Source: a virus
Taxonomy: Duplodnaviria; Heunggongvirae; Uroviricota; Caudoviricetes
Length of the DNA: 56,113 nucleotides
Virus record (IMG/VR): IMGVR_UViG_2923334124_000002
Reading direction: 5' to 3' (one strand)
Numbering within the stretch: the first letter of the stretch is position 1; every line of letters begins with the position of its first letter. Below the pieces are notes generated by a model. It searched no databases. It saw nothing but the letters and a program-made list of their open reading frames with translations, and was not told where the DNA came from. The translations under genes and the position numbers were made by a program. Shown piece after piece: positions 49,706 to 56,113 of the stretch.

Positions 49706-50380
49706 ATGAAAAACACTATCAGCGAACGTATTCGGAATCGTCGAAAAGACGTTGGATTAACCCAACAGCAGGTTGCGAAAGCAATCGGCATATCTCGTGT
49801 ATCCGTAACAAAATGGGAAAATGGCTCTTCAAAACCTGACGGTGAGAATTTGTATCTACTGTCAAAATTGCTTTCCAAATCTCCTGAATGGATTCTTTAT
49901 GGAAAGGACGGTCACGATAAAACCGATGATCTGCGTCTGAATCAGTACCCTTACATTAGTGACAACATCGCCCGGTTGCCCGTTTTAACGTGGGAACAGG
50001 CTGGTTATTGGGATATGAGTTGTCCAGTAACCAAGATTCCTGGTATTAAGAACTGGGTTGATGTCATGACAAAAACCGCTGAAAACTCTTTTTTATTGCA
50101 TGTTGAGGGAGATGCGATGACAAACTCTAACGGCCTCCCAACCATCCCCGACGGATCTACCGTGCTGATCACACCATGCTCAAGTAACATTAGAGAACTG
50201 GTGGGAAAAATAATCTTAATCCAATTGGAAGGAACGCCAAACGTAACACTAAAAAAAGTTGCGATTGACGGACCAAACATCTATCTGTTGTCACTGAATC
50301 CGCTTTACAAACCCATCGAACTGAATGGTGGTTACACCATTAAAGGTAAAGTTTCACAAATACATCAATACTTAGACTGA
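49706..50380 (+). CDS. cI: CI-type prophage repressor (HTH_XRE + S24 LexA-like peptidase domain)
   Basis: HTH QQQVAKAIGISRVSVTKWENG; C-terminal S24-like domain; ATG at 49706 abuts the operator (leaderless-type); alternative start at 49664. Confidence 0.8.
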   Translation: MKNTISERIRNRRKDVGLTQQQVAKAIGISRVSVTKWENGSSKPDGENLYLLSKLLSKSPEWILYGKDGHDKTDDLRLNQYPYISDNIARLPVLTWEQAGYWDMSCPVTKIPGIKNWVDVMTKTAENSFLLHVEGDAMTNSNGLPTIPDGSTVLITPCSSNIRELVGKIILIQLEGTPNVTLKKVAIDGPNIYLLSLNPLYKPIELNGGYTIKGKVSQIHQYLD

Positions 50381-50384
50381 GTCA

Positions 50385-50412
50385 GAACCCGCATTCATTG
50401 CGGGTTTTTTAT
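50385..50412 (+). terminator. rho-independent terminator after cI
   Basis: aacccgcattcattgcgggtt + TTTTTT. Confidence 0.6.
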
Positions 50413-50453
50413 GCCCTCAAATGTACCTTTTGCAACATTGTATTGACTCGAAA

Positions 50454-50469
50454 GGTAACTCTTGTTACC
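50454..50469. promoter_or_regulatory. operator OL-like palindrome GGTAACTCTTGTTACC near a TTGACT -35-like hexamer (early-left promoter region)
   Basis: palindrome of same family as OR sites. Confidence 0.45.
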
Positions 50470-50652
50470 TTAACAACATACCAACCCACCCCGCCCCACA
50501 GAACGCCGGGCAATACTTCGAGTTACCAAGCAGTGGTCAGGGGGTAAGTAGCCAGCCCGAGGCGTAAGAACATGACGGCAGGGTTCAACTTTAATAACTA
50601 TGCAGCAGGTTTTTGTTCCGCTCCCCCGGCGTTAAGGGGAAATGAGGTCAGC

Positions 50653-50808
50653 ATGGATACTATCGATCTTGGCAACAGCGAATCTCTGGTATGTGGCGTG
50701 TTCCCCAACCAGGACGGCACGTTCACCGCAATGACGTATACCAAAAGCAAAACGTTTAAAACCGAAAATGGTGCCCGTCGCTGGCTGGAAAGAAACTCAG
50801 GTGAGTGA
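50653..50808 (+). CDS. ydfA: YdfA-like small protein (51 aa)
   Basis: SD GAGG; synteny with dicB operon. Confidence 0.5.
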   Translation: MDTIDLGNSESLVCGVFPNQDGTFTAMTYTKSKTFKTENGARRWLERNSGE

Positions 50809-50809
50809 T

Positions 50810-50938
50810 ATGGATTTCGACACAATCATGGAAAAGGCTTACGAAGAATACTTCGAAGGCCTTGCCGAAGGCGAAGAAGCTCTCAGCTTCAGTGAGTTTA
50901 AACAGGCGCTTTCCAGCTCGGCAAAATCTAACGGCTGA
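50810..50938 (+). CDS. ydfB: YdfB-like small acidic protein (42 aa)
   Basis: MDFDTIMEKAYEEYFEGLAEGEEALSFSEFKQALSSSAKSNG; below track threshold, found by manual translation. Confidence 0.45.
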   Translation: MDFDTIMEKAYEEYFEGLAEGEEALSFSEFKQALSSSAKSNG

Positions 50939-50967
50939 TAAGCGAAGCAGCACCGCGAGGAATCAGT

Positions 50968-51186
50968 ATGCAGAAACGAGAACCCGTCATCATCGCGCCA
51001 GACTATACCGATGATGAACTTTATGAGTGGATGCGCCAGAAAATTAATGCAGCGCAGGATCTGAAATGGGCCAATGAAGCCAGGACTAAGCAGGCTGAAA
51101 ATCTGTCCGCTCTGGAGCAGGATATCACCAGGCTGGAAAAAGCAGCGGCATTAAGCATTGCCAGAATGGTTACATACCCGCGTTAA
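50968..51186 (+). CDS. ydfC: YdfC-like protein (72 aa)
   Basis: ORF; synteny. Confidence 0.5.
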   Translation: MQKREPVIIAPDYTDDELYEWMRQKINAAQDLKWANEARTKQAENLSALEQDITRLEKAAALSIARMVTYPR

Positions 51187-51524
51187 TAGCTAACCAACGA
51201 AGCTAAGGTTGGTAATTAAGGAGTTCTCCACGGGTCAGGTGGAGTGCGTGCGCCGGACACGGGTGAACATCCGGCACTGACAGTTTACTGAAAGGATATG
51301 TCCCTGAAAAGTCAGGGCATAAAGCGAAAGCGCACGGCGAAATTGGTCTCTCTGTACGGTGTCGTTAAATTTAGTTCGACCGTGCGCTTCCGGTTGTGGC
51401 ACTCCGCGAAATGGCGCGGCGGTAAGTATGGCGGGGTTATTCCTTCCTCCGTTGAGGACACCGGGTTGTCAGGTTGACCATACGCTTAAGTGACAACTCC
51501 GCTGCAACGCCCTCTGTTATCAAT

Positions 51525-51582
51525 TTTCTGGTGACGTTTGGCGGTATCAGTTTTACTCCGTGACTGCTCTGCCGCCCTTTTT
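51525..51582 (+). ncRNA. dicF: DicF sRNA (ftsZ-targeting, processed from the dicB operon transcript)
   Basis: tttctggtgacgtttggcggtatcagttttactccgtgactgctctgccgcccttttt matches remembered DicF including terminator-like 3' end; preceded by about 340 nt ORF-free structured leader and followed by dicB. Confidence 0.6.
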
Positions 51583-51751
51583 AAAGTGAATTTTGTGATG
51601 TGGTGAATGCGGCTGAGCGCACGCGGAACAGTTAAAACCAAAAACAGTGTTATGGGTGGATTCTCTGTATCCGGCGTTAATTGTTAACTGGTTAACGTCA
51701 CCTGGAGGCACCAGGCACCGCATCACAAAATTCATTGTTGAGGACGCGATA

Positions 51752-51940
51752 ATGGAAACGTTATTACCAAACGTTAATACGTCTGAAGGTTGTTTTGAAA
51801 TTGGTGTCAATATCAGTAACCCTGTATTTACTGAAGATGCCATTAACAAGAGAAAACACGAACGGGAGCTATTAAATAAAATATGCATTCTTTCAATGCT
51901 GGCCCGTTTACGTCCGATACAAAAAGGATGCTGGCAATGA
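51752..51940 (+). CDS. dicB: cell division inhibitor DicB
   Basis: 62 aa METLLPNVNTSEGCFEIGVNISNPVFTEDAINKRKHERELLNKICILSMLARLRPIQKGCWQ, near-identical to remembered DicB. Confidence 0.8.
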   Translation: METLLPNVNTSEGCFEIGVNISNPVFTEDAINKRKHERELLNKICILSMLARLRPIQKGCWQ

Positions 51941-52128
51941 ATACAGCATTTGCACTTGTTCTGACAGTTTTTCTTGTTTCCGGAGAGCCAGTTGATATTG
52001 CAGTCAGTGTTCACAGGACAATGCAGGAGTGTGTGACTGCAGCAACCGAACAGAAAATTCCCGGTAACTGTTACCCGGTCGATAAAGTTATTCACCAGGA
52101 TAATAACGAAATCCCGGCAGGTCTTTAA
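51937..52128 (+). CDS. ydfD: YdfD (small membrane/lysis-associated protein)
   Basis: 63 aa MNTAFALVLTVFLVSGEP...; ATGA overlap with dicB stop. Confidence 0.65.
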   Translation: MNTAFALVLTVFLVSGEPVDIAVSVHRTMQECVTAATEQKIPGNCYPVDKVIHQDNNEIPAGL

Positions 52129-52220
52129 AACAGTTCCGTAATAAATATCCGGTTTCATTCTTATATGCCAGCAATGGCAGGGATTTGTTCACCCTTAAAT
52201 CTGTAATGAGGTAAAACAAA

Positions 52221-54692
52221 ATGAGTAAAGTCTTTATTTGCGCCGCCATTCCGGACGAACAGGCAATAAAGGAAGAAGGTGCCGTCGCTGTAGCCACTGC
52301 CATTGAAGCCGGTGATGAACGTCGCGCCCGCGCAAAATTTCACTGGCAATTCCTGGAACATTATCCGGCTGCTCAGGACTGCGCTTATAAATTTCTTGTC
52401 TGCGAGGATAAACCCGGTATACCCCGCCCTGCCCTCGATTCCTGGGATGCTGAATATATGCAGGAAAACCGCTGGGATGAGGAGTCTGCTTCCTTTGTCC
52501 CGGTTGAGACTGAATCCGATCCGATGAACGTCACTTTTGACAAGCTGGCCCCTGAAGTACAGAACGCTGTCATGGTTAAGTTCGACACATGTGAAAACAT
52601 CACCGTTGATATGGTTATTAGCGCACAGGAATTGTTGCAGGAAGACATGGCAACATTCGACGGACATATCGTTGAAGCGTTGATGAAAATGCCAGAAGTT
52701 AACGCCATGTATCCGGAGCTTAAGCTGCATGCCATCGGGTGGGTTAAGCATAAATGTAAGCCTGGTGCCAAATGGCCCGAAATTCAGGCAGAGATGCGCA
52801 TCTGGAAAAAACGTCGTGAAGGTGAACGCAAGGAAACCGGAAAATACACGTCTGTTGTTGATCTCGCCCGCGCCAGAGCCAATCAACAGTACACTGAAAA
52901 TTCAACAGGAAAAATCAGCCCGGTCATTGCTGCCATTCATCGCGAATACAAGCAGACATGGAAAACACTGGATGACGAACTGGCCTACGCTCTCTGGCCT
53001 GGTGATGTGGATGCCGGAAACATTGACGGCAGCATCCATCGCTGGGCAAAAAATGAAGTTATCGACAACGACCGCGAAGACTGGAAGCGTATCTCGGCAT
53101 CAATGCGCAAACAGCCTGATGCCCTTCGCTACGACCGCCAGACTATTTTTGGCCTTGTCCGTGAACGTCCGATCGACATTCACAAAGACCCTGTGGCACT
53201 GAACAAATACATTACTGAATACCTGACTACAAAGGGCGTGTTTGAAGATGAAGGAAGAAATCAGAGCGCAACTGATACTCTCTCGTCGCCAGTACCAGAA
53301 ACTGATGCAGTGGAAACGGCAATTCCGGACAACGAAAAAACCGAATGCAAAGTGGAAGTCGAACCATCTGTAGAGCGTGAGGGGCCGTTCTACTTCCTCT
53401 TCACCGACAAGGATGGCGAAAAATACGGTCGCGCAAACAAACTTTCTGGTCTGGATAAGGCGCTGGCTGCCGGGGCAACTGAAATCACGAAAGAAGAATA
53501 TTTTGCCCGCAAAAACGGCACATACACAGGTTCACAACAAAATACTGATGCATCTGACACGACCGCACAACCAGACCTGGTAAAAGTTACCGCTGACGAA
53601 GTAAACAAAATTATGCAGGCAGCCAGTATCAGCCAGCCTGACGCTAATAAGTTGCTCGCTGCATCACGTGGTGAATTTGTTGAAGGGATTAGCGACCCGA
53701 ATGATCCGAAATGGGTGAAGGGGATTGAAACCCGCGATTCTGTGCACCAGAACCAGTCAGAAACGGAACAGTACGACCAAAAAGCGGAACAAAACAGCCA
53801 AAATGCGTTACAAAACGAGCCAGAAACGAAACAACCTGAACCAGTCGTGCAACAGGAAGAGGAAAAAGTTTGTACCGCATGCAATCAGACTGGTGGTGGT
53901 AACTGCCCTGATTGTGGCGCAGTGATGGGTGACGCAACCTACCAGGAGACATTCAACGAAGAAAGCCAGGATGAAGCCCGGGAAAAAGATCCAGAGGAAA
54001 TAGAAAATGCCGGACTCCCGAACAAGGAGTGCACCGAAGGCGATCAACATGCCAATGACAATAATGAAATAGGCGAGACAGCAAATCCCTTAATTAAGGT
54101 GAACAGTCATCGTAAAAGCACATCCACCAGCAGGTTGTGGCACCATCTGATGATTGACCTTGAAACCATGGGAAAAAATCCTGATGCCCCGATTATCTCA
54201 ATAGATGCAATATTTTTCGATCCGCAAACCGGAGATATGGGACCGGAATTTAGTAAGACTATCGATCTGGAAACTGCTGGCGGAGTCATTGATCGTGACG
54301 TCATTAAAAGGTGGCTGAAGCAATCACGTGAAGCGCAGTCTGCCATTATGACCGATGAAATCCCGTTAGATGATGCACTGTTACAATTGCGGGAATTTAT
54401 CGACGAAAACTCCGGTGAATTTTTTGTTCAGGTCTGGGGAAATGGAGCCAACTTCGAAAACACGATTTTGCGCCGTTCATACGAACGGCAGGGGATCCCC
54501 TGCCCATGGCGTTACTACAACGATCGCGATGTACGCACAATCGTTGAGCTGGGGAAAGCCATAGACTTCGATGCCAGAACGGCTATTCCATTCGAAGGTG
54601 AGCGCCATAATGCACTTGATGACGCCCGTTACCAGGCAAAATACGTTTCAGTTATCTGGCAAAAACTGATCCCGAATCAGGCTGATTTTTAA
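52221..54692 (+). CDS. large early protein with C-terminal DEDDh-type 3'-5' exonuclease domain (intact YdfE-like)
   Basis: 823 aa; C-terminus has MIDLETMG, VWGNGANFEN, HNALDDARYQ exonuclease-like motifs; central acidic linker with CxxC...CxxC. Confidence 0.65.
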   Translation: MSKVFICAAIPDEQAIKEEGAVAVATAIEAGDERRARAKFHWQFLEHYPAAQDCAYKFLVCEDKPGIPRPALDSWDAEYMQENRWDEESASFVPVETESDPMNVTFDKLAPEVQNAVMVKFDTCENITVDMVISAQELLQEDMATFDGHIVEALMKMPEVNAMYPELKLHAIGWVKHKCKPGAKWPEIQAEMRIWKKRREGERKETGKYTSVVDLARARANQQYTENSTGKISPVIAAIHREYKQTWKTLDDELAYALWPGDVDAGNIDGSIHRWAKNEVIDNDREDWKRISASMRKQPDALRYDRQTIFGLVRERPIDIHKDPVALNKYITEYLTTKGVFEDEGRNQSATDTLSSPVPETDAVETAIPDNEKTECKVEVEPSVEREGPFYFLFTDKDGEKYGRANKLSGLDKALAAGATEITKEEYFARKNGTYTGSQQNTDASDTTAQPDLVKVTADEVNKIMQAASISQPDANKLLAASRGEFVEGISDPNDPKWVKGIETRDSVHQNQSETEQYDQKAEQNSQNALQNEPETKQPEPVVQQEEEKVCTACNQTGGGNCPDCGAVMGDATYQETFNEESQDEAREKDPEEIENAGLPNKECTEGDQHANDNNEIGETANPLIKVNSHRKSTSTSRLWHHLMIDLETMGKNPDAPIISIDAIFFDPQTGDMGPEFSKTIDLETAGGVIDRDVIKRWLKQSREAQSAIMTDEIPLDDALLQLREFIDENSGEFFVQVWGNGANFENTILRRSYERQGIPCPWRYYNDRDVRTIVELGKAIDFDARTAIPFEGERHNALDDARYQAKYVSVIWQKLIPNQADF

Positions 54693-54756
54693 TGTTCAAC
54701 CCCGGTCGTTGCCCACCAGCTATAGTGGCGGCGACCATGATTAGCGAACGACGCTC

Positions 54757-55005
54757 ATGGCAAGACTTATTCTGCTCACTGAGTGGGCAAAAGAGGAATT
54801 CAGTGAACCGGTCCCAACTCCGAGTACGTTAAGTAAATACGCTAAAGCCGGAATGATATTTCCTCTCCCCAAAAAAGTTGGAAGACGCTGGCGAGTGGAT
54901 CCGCAAGCTCGCTTTGTCGGAATGGTAAACAAGCCGGAGGTGATCGCCACAGATCACCCTGCTTTGAAGAGGATACTGGAAGATGGCGCGCCCGCGAAAA
55001 TATAA
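54757..55005 (+). CDS. xis: excisionase-like DNA-binding protein
   Basis: 82 aa; overlaps int start; HTH-like segment PSTLSKYAKAGMIFPLPKKVGRRWRV. Confidence 0.6.
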   Translation: MARLILLTEWAKEEFSEPVPTPSTLSKYAKAGMIFPLPKKVGRRWRVDPQARFVGMVNKPEVIATDHPALKRILEDGAPAKI

Positions 55006-56113
55006 AACCAATGTTCCGGGATTATCTCCGTATTTTGACAAAAGAAATAACAAAGTTTACTGGCGTTACAGGCATCCCATAACAGGCAAAAATCACGGTC
55101 TCGGCAGTATTGACCAGAAACTGGCAGAAACTATTGCAGCAGAAGCGAACAGCCGTCTTGCCCGGCAGCAAATGGAACAAATGCTCAGTCTGCAGGAGAA
55201 AATTATTAGTGATACCGGCGGTTCATCAACCGTTACCATTTTTCTGAATAATTACAGAAAAATTCAACAGGAAAGATATGAAAACGGCGAGATCAAACTC
55301 AACACGCTGAAACAGAAAGCGGCCCCTCTCAGGGTATTTGATGAACGTTTTGGCACCAGACCGTTAGATGCCATAACCGTAAAAGATGTGGTATCAGTAC
55401 TGGAAGAGTACAAGGCCAGAGGACATAACAGAATGGGACAAATTTTCAGGAAGGTACTGATCGATGTTTTCCGGGAAGCTCAGCAAACGGGCGATGTCCC
55501 GCCAGGCTTTAACCCTGCAGAATCGGCAAAAAAACCGCAGGTGCGGATATCAAGACAGCGACTGACTTTTGATGAGTGGATGATGATTTATAACGCAGCG
55601 GAAAAGGATGGTTACTTTTTACAGCGCGGTATGCTGCTGGCACTGATGACAGGCCAGCGCCTTTCAGATATTTGCAAAATGCAATTTTCGGATATCCGGG
55701 ATGGTTATCTTCATGTCGAACAGCAAAAAACAGGAACCCGGATTGCCATCCCTCTGGCTCTGCGTTGCGATAAATTAAATCTCACCCTAGATGATGTGGT
55801 GTCATCCTGCCGCGATTGCGTTCTTAGTCCGTGGCTATTGCACCACCATCACGCGAAAGGGACAGCTAAGCGCGGCGGGATGGTTAAGCCAGCAACATTA
55901 ACCGTTGCATTTAAAAAAGCCCGGGATTCTGTGGATTACAACTGGCGTGCTAATGGCACCCCACCCTCTTTCCATGAGCAGAGATCTTTATCAGAGCGAT
56001 TGTTCAGAGAGCAGGGGGTTGATACCAAAATTTTGCTGGGCCATTCGAATCAAAAAATGACCGATATTTACAACGACGCACGCGGTAAGGAATGGAAAAA
56101 ACTGGTCATTTGA
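54983..56113 (+). CDS. int: lambda-type tyrosine integrase
   Basis: 376 aa; catalytic-domain blocks ...LALMTGQRLSDICKMQFSDIRDGYLHVEQQKTGTRIAIPL... and ...FHEQRSLSERLF...LLGHSNQKMTDIYNDARGKEW... match remembered lambda Int; stop at window end. Confidence 0.9.
   Translation: MARPRKYKTNVPGLSPYFDKRNNKVYWRYRHPITGKNHGLGSIDQKLAETIAAEANSRLARQQMEQMLSLQEKIISDTGGSSTVTIFLNNYRKIQQERYENGEIKLNTLKQKAAPLRVFDERFGTRPLDAITVKDVVSVLEEYKARGHNRMGQIFRKVLIDVFREAQQTGDVPPGFNPAESAKKPQVRISRQRLTFDEWMMIYNAAEKDGYFLQRGMLLALMTGQRLSDICKMQFSDIRDGYLHVEQQKTGTRIAIPLALRCDKLNLTLDDVVSSCRDCVLSPWLLHHHHAKGTAKRGGMVKPATLTVAFKKARDSVDYNWRANGTPPSFHEQRSLSERLFREQGVDTKILLGHSNQKMTDIYNDARGKEWKKLVI

Noticed and set aside
51187-51524. ORF-free, stem-loop-rich 340 nt considered as a retron msr/msd or independent structured ncRNA
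   Set aside because: No reverse transcriptase gene follows; the region lies directly upstream of a DicF-matching sequence and dicB, so it is best explained as the processed leader of the dicB operon transcript
51553-52158. 201-aa minus-strand ORF
   Set aside because: Antisense to dicB and ydfD, which have clear homology; Cys/His-rich artefactual composition

Overview
This window is a near-complete but decayed lambdoid prophage read mostly on the minus strand, with the integrase at the right edge (att site beyond the window). Calls rest on protein motifs read from the six-frame track, synteny and direct inspection; no database search was run. Modules right to left: (1) int/xis and a dicB-type early-left operon (ydfA/B/C-like ORFs, DicF sRNA, dicB, ydfD, an 823-aa protein with a C-terminal DEDDh-like exonuclease domain); (2) CI-type repressor divergent from a Cro-like gene, with GTAAC-N4-GTTAC operators; (3) replication genes (O-like with ori iterons, DnaC-like loader); (4) nin-like region (two unknowns, QueH-like DUF208, hok, DUF968, RusA, Q); (5) a Stx-phage-like late locus without stx (DPPY DNA methyltransferase, tRNA-Ile2 and tRNA-Arg, AT-rich 1.5-kb cargo, nanS-p esterase); (6) a phage-21-type lysis cassette split by an IS66-family element and carrying extra small ORFs; (7) P27-type TerS, HK97-type TerL, a protease-capsid fusion and a portal with a repeat-containing C-terminal extension; (8) a lambda-like tail (V, G/T, H, M, L, K, I, J), lom disrupted by an IS21-family element; (9) Stf/Tfa in a Mu-G-like invertible segment whose pin invertase is truncated, next to a SAM-methyltransferase cassette flanked by about 135-bp direct repeats, and an Rha regulator. 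The best candidates for undescribed biology are the cargo ORFs at the stx position, the extra ORFs in the lysis cassette, the methyltransferase cassette, the I-J intergenic insert, the portal extension and the QueH-like gene.
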